From Dehalococcoidia bacterium (lineage in GTDB: Bacteria; Chloroflexota; Dehalococcoidia; Bin125), in contig CBDBPH010000001.1 in assembly GCA_965208665.1 (NCBI GenBank), positions 714,717 to 778,716 of the forward strand: DNA of 64,000 bases. Direction: 5' to 3'. Every line of letters begins with the position of its first letter. The stretch's first letter is position 1. Shown here in pieces: positions 41,552 through 51,711 of this stretch. Under the pieces are notes generated by a model. The model made no database searches. It was not told the origin of the DNA and saw only the letters and a list, made by a program, of their open reading frames with translations. The position numbers were made by a program, and so were the translations under genes.

Positions 41552-43132
41552 ATGGAGCCCAAGATGCCCGAACCGACCGACTGGCAACCCGAAGTTGACG
41601 AACTCAATCTGCGCCGCAAGCTGGCGCTCAAGATGGGCGGCGAGGAGAGAGTCAACCGCCAGCGAGAACTGGGCAAACTGACCATCCGCGACCGGATTGA
41701 CGCACTGGTAGACCCCGGTAGTTTCCACGAGATCGGCGGCCTTGCCGGCTACGGCACGTACGACGACCGAGAGTTCCAGGACTTCAAGCCACTGCCGTAC
41801 ATCGGTGGCCTGGCCAAGATCGACGGACGTTCGGTCGTCGTGGGTGGCGAGGACTTCACGGTCGGCGGCGGCGCAGCCGACATCAGCACCCAGGAACGCT
41901 TCAAGAGCCTCTTCCTCGCTGACATGGCGCGCGAGTACCGCGTCCCTCTGTTCGTGTTCCACGAAGGCGCCGGCGCCAACGTCGCGGCCGAGGGGGACGG
42001 TCACGGCCATCTGCCCAGCAGTTTCGACGTCTTCGGTCCCGACATTCTTGCCGGCCAGGAGGTACCGCTGGTCTTCTCGGTCTCCGGCGCGACTGCTGGC
42101 GGCGTCGCAGCGAGAGCCATGTTGGGTCACTTCACGGTCATGACACCCAACGGCGCGCTATTCGCCGGAGGTCCACCGCTGGTCAAGCGGGCGCTGGGAC
42201 AGGAAGTGACCAAAGACCAACTTGGCGGTCCCGACATCCACGTCGGCCAGTCCGGTGCGATCGACAATCGGGCCAACGACGAATACGACGCGATCGAGCA
42301 GATGAAGGCGTTCCTCAGCTACATGCCGCAGAACGTCTACCAGCAGCCGCCGTTCAAGCCGACCGAGGATTCCCCGGACCGCGAGGAAGAGGCGCTGCTC
42401 AGCATCGTTCCGCGCAAGCGGACCAAGCCCTACAACATGCTCAAGCTGGTTGAGCTCCTCGTCGACGACGGGATCATCTTCGAGATCAAGCCCGAGTTCG
42501 GCACGACCGTTCACACGCTCTTTGCCCGGGTTGGCGGCTATGTCGTCGGCATCGTGGCCAACAATCCGAGCATGCTGGCCGGGGCCATGACCGCCGACTC
42601 GGCCGACAAGCAGGGTCATTTCGTCGAGCTCTGCGACCACTTCCACATCCCGATCGTGTTCATCGCCGACGTGCCCGGATTCATGCTCGGGCCGCAAGCC
42701 GAGGCGACCGGCACGCTGCGTCACGGGATGCGCGCCTACTGGGCGACCTACCTGGCGACCGTGCCGGTCTTCACCGTGATTACGCGCAAGAACTACGGCA
42801 TGGCCGGACAGGCGACGGCCAATGTCGGCACGATCAACTACCGCGTCGGCTGGCCATCGGGCGACTGGGGTTCGATCCCGATCGAGGGCGGGGTCGCTGC
42901 GGCCTACCGCCGCGAGATCGAAAGCGCGCCCGACCCGGACAAGCGCCGCCGCGAGATCGAGGAACACTTGCTGCAGTTCCGCAACCCGTTCCGCACAGCC
43001 GAGGCGTTCGGGATCGAGGACATCATCGATCCGCGCCAGACCCGCTCCTACATCCACCGCTTCCTTGAGCACGCCTACGAGACGATCTCGGCCAACCTCG
43101 GCGTCAAGGGCAAAGCCGGGGTGCGGCCTTAG
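41552..43132 (+). CDS. Acyl-CoA carboxylase carboxyltransferase subunit (PccB-like), second paralog
   Basis: 526 aa and collinear with 15962..17524. There are no biotin-carboxylase or BCCP neighbours. Confidence 0.85.
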   Translation: MEPKMPEPTDWQPEVDELNLRRKLALKMGGEERVNRQRELGKLTIRDRIDALVDPGSFHEIGGLAGYGTYDDREFQDFKPLPYIGGLAKIDGRSVVVGGEDFTVGGGAADISTQERFKSLFLADMAREYRVPLFVFHEGAGANVAAEGDGHGHLPSSFDVFGPDILAGQEVPLVFSVSGATAGGVAARAMLGHFTVMTPNGALFAGGPPLVKRALGQEVTKDQLGGPDIHVGQSGAIDNRANDEYDAIEQMKAFLSYMPQNVYQQPPFKPTEDSPDREEEALLSIVPRKRTKPYNMLKLVELLVDDGIIFEIKPEFGTTVHTLFARVGGYVVGIVANNPSMLAGAMTADSADKQGHFVELCDHFHIPIVFIADVPGFMLGPQAEATGTLRHGMRAYWATYLATVPVFTVITRKNYGMAGQATANVGTINYRVGWPSGDWGSIPIEGGVAAAYRREIESAPDPDKRRREIEEHLLQFRNPFRTAEAFGIEDIIDPRQTRSYIHRFLEHAYETISANLGVKGKAGVRP

Positions 43133-43176
43133 ACTCAAGCGCGACCACGCGATCAGATCAAACAGAGAGTGCCGAC

Positions 43177-43638
43177 ATGCCCGACATCTTCACTGTCGAC
43201 CCCAACCTCCCCGACTGGATCCGCACCCACACCGAGCAATACCTCAGCTCCGGTGGCGAAGAGGGTCACATGTGGGACCGCCCGGACGGCTCCGGCCCGA
43301 TTCCCTGCCTGCTGCTCGCGGCCAAAGGCCGACGCTCGGGTGAGTGGCGCACGCTGCCGCTGATCTACGGCGCAGCGGACGACGCCTACGTGATCGTCGC
43401 CAGCAAGGGCGGCGCCAGAAGTCATCCTGCCTGGTACCTCAACATTGATGCCAACCCGGACGTCCAGCTCATGGTCGGCACGGAGCAATTCGAGGCCACT
43501 GCCCGAACCGCCGAAGGCGCAGAGCGGGACAAGCTGTTCGCCATGATGGCCAAGGACTTCGATCCCTACCTCGACTACGCCATCCGCGCCGGCGGCGCCG
43601 GTCGGCAGATTCCGATCGTGGTGCTCGAGCGGAAGTAG
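43177..43638 (+). CDS. Nitroreductase-family deazaflavin(F420H2)-dependent oxidoreductase (DUF385/PNPOx-like)
   Basis: 153 aa. GRRSGEWRTLPLIYGAADDAYVIVASKGGARSHPAWYLNIDANPDVQLMVG is the family hallmark. Confidence 0.75.
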   Translation: MPDIFTVDPNLPDWIRTHTEQYLSSGGEEGHMWDRPDGSGPIPCLLLAAKGRRSGEWRTLPLIYGAADDAYVIVASKGGARSHPAWYLNIDANPDVQLMVGTEQFEATARTAEGAERDKLFAMMAKDFDPYLDYAIRAGGAGRQIPIVVLERK

Positions 43639-43639
43639 A

Positions 43640-43672
43640 CAATGAGACCTCCCCCTTTTTGGGGGACGTCTC
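43640..43672. terminator. Bidirectional hairpin terminator (GAGACCTCCCCC ttttt GGGGGACGTCTC) between convergent genes
   Basis: A 12-bp near-perfect stem with a T5 loop, lying between the + gene ending at 43638 and trpS ending at 43674. Confidence 0.45.
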
Positions 43673-43673
43673 G

Positions 43674-44687
43674 TTATGCGTTGACGTTCGCCATCTCAGG
43701 CAGTGAGGCGGGCAGTCCGATTGCATCCTTGACGTCGGCCAGTACCTCAGACGCGATCACGCGGGCGCGGCGGGCTCCGTCAATCAGGATGTCGTCCACC
43801 GCTTCGGGGTTGGCCGACAGCTCTTCACGGCGCGCCCGAATCGGGGCGAAGTAATCGTTGACCGATTCGGACAACATCTTCTTGCAATCGACGCAGCCGA
43901 TCTCGGCGCTGCGGCAGGCTGGGTCGATCTCCGTTTGCTTCTCCGGCCCAAAGAATCCGTGCAATGAGTAGACGTTGCAGACCTCGGGTCGGCCCGGGTC
44001 GGTGCGGCGGACTCGCTGTGGGTCGGTGATCGCGGTGCGTATCGCCTGGAATGTCTCCTCTGGCGTGGCGGCCATATCGAGCGCGTTGCCGTAGGACTTC
44101 GACATCTTGCGATTGTCGAAACCGAGCACCATCGGGGCGCTGGTCAGCTCGGCCTCAGGCTCGGGGAACGTGTCGCCGAAAATGTTGTTGAAGCGACGCA
44201 CAATCTCGCGGGCCAACTCCAGGTGGGGCAGCTGGTCCTCGCCGACCGGCACCTTGTTCGCCCGGTAGAGCACGATGTCGGCCGTCTGCAGCACGGGATA
44301 GCCGACCAACCCATAATTGACGTTCTCGGGCTGTGCCTTGGCCTTCTCCTTGAAGGTGGGTACGTTCATCAAGCGGCCGATCGGCGTGACCATTGACAGC
44401 AAGAGGTGCAGTTCGGAGATCTCCGGCACGTGGCTCTGCGCGTAGAGGATCGTTTCCTCAGGACGGATCCCGGAGGCGAGCAGATCGAGCGCGGTTTCAC
44501 GGACGTTGTCCTGCAGCTCTTCGGTGTCGGTCAGCGTCGTGAGCGAATGCAAGTCAACGATCGAGTAAACGCATTCGTATCTGTCCTGCAGCGCGACGAA
44601 ATTTTGGATCGCTCCGAGATAGTTGCCGATGTGCTGCCGGCCGGTACAGCGGATGCCCGCGAACACGCGATCCTGCCCCTGCTGCAT
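43674..44687 (-). CDS. trpS: Tryptophan--tRNA ligase
   Basis: The HIGH-type region (GRQHIGNYLGA), the KMSKS motif and collinearity with TrpRS. Start MQQGQ (ATG 44687, with a GGAGA RBS). Confidence 0.85.
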   Translation of the reverse strand: MQQGQDRVFAGIRCTGRQHIGNYLGAIQNFVALQDRYECVYSIVDLHSLTTLTDTEELQDNVRETALDLLASGIRPEETILYAQSHVPEISELHLLLSMVTPIGRLMNVPTFKEKAKAQPENVNYGLVGYPVLQTADIVLYRANKVPVGEDQLPHLELAREIVRRFNNIFGDTFPEPEAELTSAPMVLGFDNRKMSKSYGNALDMAATPEETFQAIRTAITDPQRVRRTDPGRPEVCNVYSLHGFFGPEKQTEIDPACRSAEIGCVDCKKMLSESVNDYFAPIRARREELSANPEAVDDILIDGARRARVIASEVLADVKDAIGLPASLPEMANVNA

Positions 44688-44726
44688 GGTCGTCTCCTGC
44701 TCTGGTTGGCGGTCTCTACTCAAACA

Positions 44727-46409
44727 CTACATTTCGTCGGGCGCGTCGACGCCGATCAGCCGCAGCGACGCTGCGAGCGCCGCTTGAGAAGCCAGCGTCA
44801 GCGTGAGTCGTGCTCCCGACCGCTCCGGGTCGTCCGGGACGACGATCCGGTGAGCGTCGTAGAACTGCGTGAACGCCTGGGCCAGGCCCTGCGCGTAGTA
44901 GGTCAGGTGATGCGGCTCTCGTCGCGTGGCCATGTCCGCGACAAGCTCCGGCAACCGCAGAATTTCCCCGATCAGCACCGTCTCCTGCTCCGCGACCAGG
45001 AGTTGCAGATGGTCCGACGATGCCGACAGTCCAGCTTCCGAAGCGTTGCGCATCACGCTCGCGCAACGCGCATGGGCATATCTCACGTATGACGCTGGAT
45101 TTTGGCGCGGGTCGGCGGAGGCCGCTGCCGCGAGGTCGAAATCCATCTGCGCGTCTGCTGATCGCTGCAGCATGAAGAACCGTGCCGCGTCCGCCCCGAC
45201 TTCCTCGATCAACTCCCGCAGGGTTACGATTTCACCGGTCCGCTTCGACATCCGCACGCGCTCGTCCCCGCGTCGCAGGTGGACGAGCTGGTAAAGCAGG
45301 ACTTCCAACGCGTCGCCGTCGCCGCCGACGGCCGAGACTGCGGCCTTCGTGCGCGCCACGTGACCCTGATGGTCGGCGCCCCAGACGTCGATCACGGTGT
45401 CGAAACCGCGCGAGAGAAACTTATCGTAGTGGTAGGCCACATCGGAGGCGAAGTAAGTCGGTTCGCCGGACGACCTGATCAGCACGTTGTCCTTGTCCTC
45501 ACCCAGATCCTCAGAGCGGAACCAGACCGCGCCCTCCTTCTCGATCACGTACGAGCCGTCGCGCAGCCGACCCATGGCCACGTCGTATGTAGACGACCCG
45601 TTTGCACCGTCGTAGAGCGCTGATTCTCGCTTCCAATGGTCGAACTCGACCCGAAGCAAACCGAGATCGTCTCGGATCTGGTCGACCATCAGTCGCAAGC
45701 CCTGTTCAGCCAGTTCCTCAGGCGGATCCTCGGCACTGTTGAGCCAGCGCTCGCCCGCTTCATCCTTGATCTGCGCGGCGAGGTCGATCATGTAGGCGCC
45801 CTGATAGCCACCGTCGGGGAGTGGGACCTCGCGTCCGAACTGCTGCTGATATCGAGCGAACAACGTGCGGCCGAAGAGCCGAATCTGCGCGCCGGCATCG
45901 TTCACGTAGTACTCCCGCTCGACGTCAAATCCCGCTGCATCCAGGACCGATGCAAGCGCATCGCCCAGCACCGCGCCACGTCCGTTGCCGACCTGCAGCG
46001 GGCCGGTTGGGTTGGCCGAGACGAACTCCACCTGCACCCGATGTCCAGCGCCCAGATCGATCCGTCCCCATTCTTCACCGGCGTCGATCACCGAGAGCAA
46101 CTGTCCACGCTGCCACTCTTCGTCCAGCTTGATGTTGATGAATCCCGGCCGCGCGACATCAACGCCGGCGATCGGCTCCGTGCGCATGATGCGTTCCGAA
46201 ATCGCCGTGGCCACATCCATCGGCGGCCGGCGCACCGCGCTGGCCAGCCTCAGGGCGACATTGCAGGAGTAGTCGCCGTGTTCTCGTTCTTTCGGGCGCT
46301 CGATCCGCAGTTCGATTGGTGGAATCGGCGGTAGGGCGCCGTCGGCCTGCGCTAGCTCCAGCGCGTTGCGCACCAACTCGCCCACCAGGTCCCGCGTCGC
46401 ACGCGCCAT
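44727..46409 (-). CDS. argS: Arginine--tRNA ligase
   Basis: 560 aa. The N-terminal Arg-tRNA-binding segment (IERPKEREHGDYSCNVALRLA), the catalytic core and the anticodon-binding domain are present. It lies 39 bp upstream of trpS, so the two are probably co-transcribed. Confidence 0.9.
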   Translation of the reverse strand: MARATRDLVGELVRNALELAQADGALPPIPPIELRIERPKEREHGDYSCNVALRLASAVRRPPMDVATAISERIMRTEPIAGVDVARPGFINIKLDEEWQRGQLLSVIDAGEEWGRIDLGAGHRVQVEFVSANPTGPLQVGNGRGAVLGDALASVLDAAGFDVEREYYVNDAGAQIRLFGRTLFARYQQQFGREVPLPDGGYQGAYMIDLAAQIKDEAGERWLNSAEDPPEELAEQGLRLMVDQIRDDLGLLRVEFDHWKRESALYDGANGSSTYDVAMGRLRDGSYVIEKEGAVWFRSEDLGEDKDNVLIRSSGEPTYFASDVAYHYDKFLSRGFDTVIDVWGADHQGHVARTKAAVSAVGGDGDALEVLLYQLVHLRRGDERVRMSKRTGEIVTLRELIEEVGADAARFFMLQRSADAQMDFDLAAAASADPRQNPASYVRYAHARCASVMRNASEAGLSASSDHLQLLVAEQETVLIGEILRLPELVADMATRREPHHLTYYAQGLAQAFTQFYDAHRIVVPDDPERSGARLTLTLASQAALAASLRLIGVDAPDEM

Positions 46410-46500
46410 GTCGCTATCGCATTCTCAAATCGTCAGATTCACACATTAGACCGCTGGGGGCCAAAGATGCAGGATATCGCCGATCGGGCTGTGGCCACCG

Positions 46501-49056
46501 CTAGTGGACGGCGGTAGCGCCCGATACATTCAGGTTCTGCGCCTGAAGCCTGAGCAGCCGATGCTCCGGCGCGCGCAGATTCGGATCCTCGTCCAGGATC
46601 CGATTGGCCCAGCTCCTGGCAAGATCGAGCGTGCGATGGTCGGTCAGCTTCGCCACCCGAAGCTCCGGTAGGCCGGACTGTCTCGTTCCGAAGTACTCGC
46701 CCGGCCCGCGCATCTCGAGGTCGGCCTCGGCGAGTTCGAATCCGTTCGATGTCTGCACCATCAGGTCCAGCCGCCGCTGGCTCTGCTCGATGTCCGTGTC
46801 GGAAATCAGGTAGCAGACCGACTCGATGTCGCTGCGACCCACGCGTCCACGCAGTTGGTGCAGTTGCGCCAATCCAAATCGTTCCGCTCCCTCGATCGCC
46901 ATCACGGTCGCCCGCGGCAGATCGACCCCAACCTCGACCACGATGGTGGAGACCAGCACATCGGACTCGCCGCTGACGAGGTCGCTCATCACCGTCTGCT
47001 TCTCTTCCGATGACATCCGTCCGTGCAGCAGTCGAATCCTCGGGGCCAACTCGCGCAGCGGCCCCGATCGAAGGAAGTCGTACTGCTCAGTCGCGGCCTC
47101 GGATTCCAACTTGTCCGACTCCTCCACCAGCGGGCAGATGACGAACGCCTGCCGACCCTTGCGCGCTTCTTCGCGGATCCGCGTGTAGACGCTCTCCTCG
47201 CGCTGCGAAGGATCGACTATCTGGGTGCGAACTCGCTGCCGCCCGGGCGGCAGCTCGTCAATCACCGACGAGTCGAGCTCTCCATACACGGTCAGCGCCA
47301 ACGTGCGCGGGATCGGCGTCGCCGACATGACCAGTAGATGCGGGCTGCGACCCTTGCTGCGCAGCGCGTCGCGTTGCAGCACGCCGAAACGGTGCTGCTC
47401 GTCGACGACTGCGAGGCCGATGTCCTTGAAGTTGGCGCTCTCCTGGATCAGCGCGTGCGTCCCAACCACGAGGTCGAGCATGCCCGACTCCATCTCCTGG
47501 TGGATCTGCCGCTTGCGGGCAGGGCGCATGCTGCCGGTCAGCAGCGCCATACGCACGGGGCGTCCGAGCGCGGGCGCCAGGCTGAAGTTATGCCAGAGCT
47601 GGTCGTCGCCCGAGAGTTCCTTGCCCGCGAACAGCCGCTGGAACGTCGCGTAGTGCTGCGACGCGAGCACCTCGGTCGGCGCCATCAGCACGGTCTGATG
47701 TCCGGCGCGGACGGCGGCGAGCATCGCGGCTGCGGCCACCACCGTCTTGCCGGACCCCACATCTCCCTGCAACAGCCGCGCCATTGGCTCGCGGCGGAAC
47801 ATGTCGTTACGGATTTCGGTCAGGACGCGCTGCTGCGCACCGGTGAGCTGGAACGGCAACGCGCCGATGAAGCGGTCGAGGAAGTCTCCGGGCATCGGGA
47901 TCGGCGGCGCATCGGCGCGCAGTCGCGCTTCACGTTTGCGACCCAGGACTGCGAGTTGGATCGCGAGCAGTTCCTGGAAAGCGATTCTCTCCTTCGCCTG
48001 GTCCACGTCCTCGAGCCGCTCGGGGAAGTGAATGACGGAGAGGGCCTCCGCCTCTGAGGGGAATCGCTCCTCGGCGACGACGCGAGCAGGCAGCGACTCG
48101 GCCAGCAGCGGCAGATAGTCGCGCACCGCCACATGCGTGAGGCGGCGAATCGTGCGGTTGGGTAGACCCTTGGTCCTCGGGTAGACCGGTGACAATCTGC
48201 CGACGTGGACCATGTCGTCGTCGGGATCGTCGAGCCGTTCCCATTCCGGTGAGACCATTTGCAGTTGCCGTCCGCGAATCTCGATCTTGCCGGACAGTCC
48301 GACGCGCATCCCCGGCTTGAGCGACCGCGCCAGGTAGGGCTGTTGCCACCACCAGATGCGCAGGCTGCCCGAGCCGTCGCGCACGACCGCTTCCGTTGCC
48401 GTTCGGCCGCCTCGCAGGTACTTGACGCCGATGCTGGCGATCTCGCCGACGATCGTCAGTTCGACTCCTTCCAGCGCATCCGAGATCGTGCGCACGTTGC
48501 GCCAGTCCTCATACCGGCGCGGCAGGTGCCAGAGCAGGTCGTAGACCGTGTTCAGCCCGATTGTGTTCATGGCCTTGCGCGAGATCGGTGGGATGCGACC
48601 GAGCACAGTGACATCGCGGGCGAGGGGATTTTCGTCGTCGAAGGCGGCCGCGGGGCGTCTACGGCTGGATTTGGTGCGTGTTGGTGTCCTGTTTTGTCCA
48701 GATTCGTCCAGATTTCGTTCGGATTGATCCGAATGGTTCCCGTTTTGACGGGTGTGCTTCGCTGTTGGTCCAGACTTGTCGACACGGTTGAAGGCCCCGG
48801 GGGCTGCCCCCGGACGCAGGGCGGCGCGGACATCCGCGGTCCAGCGCTTGCGCTCGTCGATGCTGAGTGCGGCGTAGCCTTCCTGCGGCAACGCGGCAAC
48901 GATGCGCTTGAAGAACTGGGCCTGCTCGCCCTCCTTGAGGACGTTGCGGAGAAATCCGTCGAGGCCGCCGACGACAGCCCGATCCTGGTACCCGAGCTTG
49001 GCCTCACGCTCCAGCATCAGCTGGAGGGTCTGTGTGGGCCGGCGTCTGGTTGTCAT
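46501..49056 (-). CDS. recG: ATP-dependent DNA helicase RecG, with a low-complexity insert near the N-terminus
   Basis: Wedge domain, helicase motifs I-VI (GDVGSGKT, DEQHRFGV) and a C-terminal domain. The start is trimmed to MTTRRRP (ATG 49056), which overlaps the degV stop (TGATG). Confidence 0.85.
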   Translation of the reverse strand: MTTRRRPTQTLQLMLEREAKLGYQDRAVVGGLDGFLRNVLKEGEQAQFFKRIVAALPQEGYAALSIDERKRWTADVRAALRPGAAPGAFNRVDKSGPTAKHTRQNGNHSDQSERNLDESGQNRTPTRTKSSRRRPAAAFDDENPLARDVTVLGRIPPISRKAMNTIGLNTVYDLLWHLPRRYEDWRNVRTISDALEGVELTIVGEIASIGVKYLRGGRTATEAVVRDGSGSLRIWWWQQPYLARSLKPGMRVGLSGKIEIRGRQLQMVSPEWERLDDPDDDMVHVGRLSPVYPRTKGLPNRTIRRLTHVAVRDYLPLLAESLPARVVAEERFPSEAEALSVIHFPERLEDVDQAKERIAFQELLAIQLAVLGRKREARLRADAPPIPMPGDFLDRFIGALPFQLTGAQQRVLTEIRNDMFRREPMARLLQGDVGSGKTVVAAAAMLAAVRAGHQTVLMAPTEVLASQHYATFQRLFAGKELSGDDQLWHNFSLAPALGRPVRMALLTGSMRPARKRQIHQEMESGMLDLVVGTHALIQESANFKDIGLAVVDEQHRFGVLQRDALRSKGRSPHLLVMSATPIPRTLALTVYGELDSSVIDELPPGRQRVRTQIVDPSQREESVYTRIREEARKGRQAFVICPLVEESDKLESEAATEQYDFLRSGPLRELAPRIRLLHGRMSSEEKQTVMSDLVSGESDVLVSTIVVEVGVDLPRATVMAIEGAERFGLAQLHQLRGRVGRSDIESVCYLISDTDIEQSQRRLDLMVQTSNGFELAEADLEMRGPGEYFGTRQSGLPELRVAKLTDHRTLDLARSWANRILDEDPNLRAPEHRLLRLQAQNLNVSGATAVH

Positions 49057-49904
49057 CAGGCTCGTCGCAGGACCGACGCTCCGACGGTTCCGGGCCCGAC
49101 GTGCGCGCCGATCACGGGGGCCGAGAGGACGACGGGCACAGACATGCCGTCGCACGCGGCCGAGACGCGATCGGCGAGGGCGCGGGCGTCAGCTTCAGCG
49201 CCGCCGTGCATGATCGCAGCGCGTTCCGGCGCGCCCTGTGACATGATCTGCGCGTAGAGCCGATCGAGCGCCTTCTTGCGGGTGCGAGGTTTCTCGATGT
49301 CGACGATCTCGCCGTCGATCACTTCCAGCAGTGGGCGCATCCGCAGCAGACGTCCGGCGAGATGCCGGGCGCGTCCGATACGACCACCGCGCTGGAGGTA
49401 GTCAAGCGTCTCGACGAACAGCACGGCTCGTGAGCGAGCGGCGCTGGCCCGGGCGTCGGCGGCAGCCTGATCGATGCTGGCACCCTGGCTGGCAGCGTCG
49501 AGCGCTGCCTGCGCAGCCCAGGCGACCGACATCGAGGCGGACTCCGTATCGACGAACTCGAAGGGCGGCGGATTGTCCAGCAGCGAGGCACCCTGACGGG
49601 CGGAGTTGAGCGTGCCCGAGAGTTTACCGCTGATGTGGATCGAGATCACGCCTTCGGCACCGTCCTCGATCAACTGTTGGTAGACATCGCGAAATGCGCC
49701 GGGGGACGGCTGCGAGGTTGTGGGCAGCACGCCGCCCTCCTCGAGCACGCGATCGAGCCGCTTCCAGAAGTCGGGCTTGGTCAGGGTCACGCCATCCTCG
49801 AAGACTTCGTCGCCGAAGTGCAGATGCAGTGGCACGACGGCGATTCCCTCGATCTCGCCCTGTTCGAGGTCGGAGGCGGAGTCGGTGACTACGGCAATGG
49901 ACAT
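49056..49904 (-). CDS. DegV-family fatty-acid-binding protein (FakB-like)
   Basis: 282 aa. The N-terminus MSIAVVTDSASDL and the fold pattern match DegV. Confidence 0.8.
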   Translation of the reverse strand: MSIAVVTDSASDLEQGEIEGIAVVPLHLHFGDEVFEDGVTLTKPDFWKRLDRVLEEGGVLPTTSQPSPGAFRDVYQQLIEDGAEGVISIHISGKLSGTLNSARQGASLLDNPPPFEFVDTESASMSVAWAAQAALDAASQGASIDQAAADARASAARSRAVLFVETLDYLQRGGRIGRARHLAGRLLRMRPLLEVIDGEIVDIEKPRTRKKALDRLYAQIMSQGAPERAAIMHGGAEADARALADRVSAACDGMSVPVVLSAPVIGAHVGPGTVGASVLRRA

Positions 49905-49955
49905 ATGTTCTATCCTAGTTACTGTGTGGGCGCGAGTCCAATCGGTAGCTTGGTG

Positions 49956-51572
49956 CTATTCGAGCGCGAGCAGCCAGGGATAGTGGGGCTGGCCGCCCTC
50001 GATCAGGTCAACTTCGATGGTTGTGCGTTGCTCTATCGCCTCGACCAGCGCCTCGGCGTCTTGCTCGGACACCCCTTCGCCGACGTAAGCGGTGAACAGA
50101 GACGCACCGGAGAGCGACTCCGCCATCGTCGCTGCCAGGGCGAGTGCGACTTCATTGATCGACCGGCCTGCGCCAACGATCTCGCCGTCGAGCATGGCGA
50201 ACGGTTGGCCTTCGCTGAGCGGAATGTCGCCATCCAGCGTGCGCGCGGCGTAGGTGACCCGCCCGATGCGTACCGCCTCCAGCGCCTCCTGCATCTCGGC
50301 CACAACATCCTCGGCTGGCACGCCGCCGATGATGGCGGCCAACGCGGCGACGCCCTCGGCCTGGCTGTCGTTGTGGATCACGTGGAGCCGCTGCGGCTCG
50401 TCGGCCTCGGCGGCTAGCTCACCGGCTCGTTCAGCGGCCGGTGTGACGTTGTGGTTGTTGGGCAGGATGATCACGTCCTCGCCCTTGACCGACTCGGCGG
50501 CCGAGAACAGCATCTCGACGGAGGGATTGTCGGCCGCGCCGCCGGATACGATCGCCGCGGCGCCGAGCTCGGTGAACACCCGGACAAATCCACTGCCCTG
50601 AGCGACGGCGACGACGGCTGCGTCCGACTCGGACTCGTGAGTTCGAGCCGCCTGCATACGCATGTCAACGGCACGGAAGACTCGAATTCGACCAGCGTCA
50701 TCAGCAGCGGCGTAGGCGTCGGCCGGTTCGGCCGTGTGCAGGTGGATCCGCAGATCCTCGCCATCCGGGGCGAGCATCACGGTCTCGTCGTCTCCCGACA
50801 GCACTTCGCGCAGGCCATCGATGTCATCGACGTTGGCCACGACCAGCTCGGTGCAGTAGCCATCAAACTCGCCGTCGTCGTCGAGCCGACGCGCGAGCCA
50901 ACCGGGATCGATTGCGCCGAGCTCGGCCGGCACGTCGGGAATTGGCTCGCCGGCCAGGGCGCCCGCCATTCCGCGCAGCATGAACTCCAGCCCACGCGCG
51001 CCGGCGTCGACGACGCCGGCGTCTTTGAGTACCGGATTCTGTTCCGGCGTGTACTCGACCGACTCGTACGCCGCCTCGACGGCGCACTGCATTTGCGTCA
51101 GCGGACTTCCAGCGGTGGATTCAACCGCCGACGCCGTATCGGCCGCGACCGAGATCATGGTTCCGTCGCGTGGCTCGGCGACGGCGTTGCGCGCGGCCTC
51201 GGCTGCACCGGCGAAGGCAGCGCTGAGCGAGGTGTCACCGTCTTCGGACAGTCCGGCGGCGAAGCCCCGCAGCCATTGCGCTCCGATCACACCTGAACTG
51301 CCTCGGCCGCCGAGTAGCGCGGCCGAGGCGGCTCGTGACGCGATCTCGCGCGCCGACGCCTCTTCAGAAATCTCGTCCAGGACCTCGCTAGCGGCTGCCA
51401 GGGTCCGACCCAGGTTGGCGCCGGTGTCGCCGTCAGGGACTGGAAAGACGTTGATTAGATTGAGCGCTTCGCGGTGCAGAGCAACCCAGCCGGCAGCGCC
51501 CTGGATCATGCGTCGGACATCGGGCCCGCTGAGTCTGGCAGTTGTCGCTTCAAAAGCGCCTGGTTCGACCAT
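49956..51572 (-). CDS. DAK2-domain protein (YloV/FakA-like fatty-acid kinase ATP-binding subunit)
   Basis: Start MVEPGAF (ATG 51572, GGGAGG RBS). INVFPVPDGDTGANLG is the Dak2 hallmark. It lies upstream of degV and divergent from rpmB. Confidence 0.8.
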   Translation of the reverse strand: MVEPGAFEATTARLSGPDVRRMIQGAAGWVALHREALNLINVFPVPDGDTGANLGRTLAAASEVLDEISEEASAREIASRAASAALLGGRGSSGVIGAQWLRGFAAGLSEDGDTSLSAAFAGAAEAARNAVAEPRDGTMISVAADTASAVESTAGSPLTQMQCAVEAAYESVEYTPEQNPVLKDAGVVDAGARGLEFMLRGMAGALAGEPIPDVPAELGAIDPGWLARRLDDDGEFDGYCTELVVANVDDIDGLREVLSGDDETVMLAPDGEDLRIHLHTAEPADAYAAADDAGRIRVFRAVDMRMQAARTHESESDAAVVAVAQGSGFVRVFTELGAAAIVSGGAADNPSVEMLFSAAESVKGEDVIILPNNHNVTPAAERAGELAAEADEPQRLHVIHNDSQAEGVAALAAIIGGVPAEDVVAEMQEALEAVRIGRVTYAARTLDGDIPLSEGQPFAMLDGEIVGAGRSINEVALALAATMAESLSGASLFTAYVGEGVSEQDAEALVEAIEQRTTIEVDLIEGGQPHYPWLLALE

Positions 51573-51613
51573 CTGTAGCCTCCCGTATAGAGTGCCATGG
51601 TCGGCGCAAATCA

Positions 51614-51631
51614 CGGCCCGGTACCGGGCCG
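51614..51631. promoter_or_regulatory. 18-bp perfect palindrome CGGCCCGGTACCGGGCCG in the divergent rpmB/fakA promoter region
   Basis: It is an exact reverse complement of itself, lying 42 bp from the fakA start and 81 bp from the rpmB start. It is a candidate operator or hairpin. Confidence 0.3.
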
Positions 51632-51711
51632 AGGTGCTGATATGATACCTGCCACGCGCCGGCGAATGCCGAAGAATCTGTGCGCGCGAATGACGGATTG
51701 AGGACGGTTTG

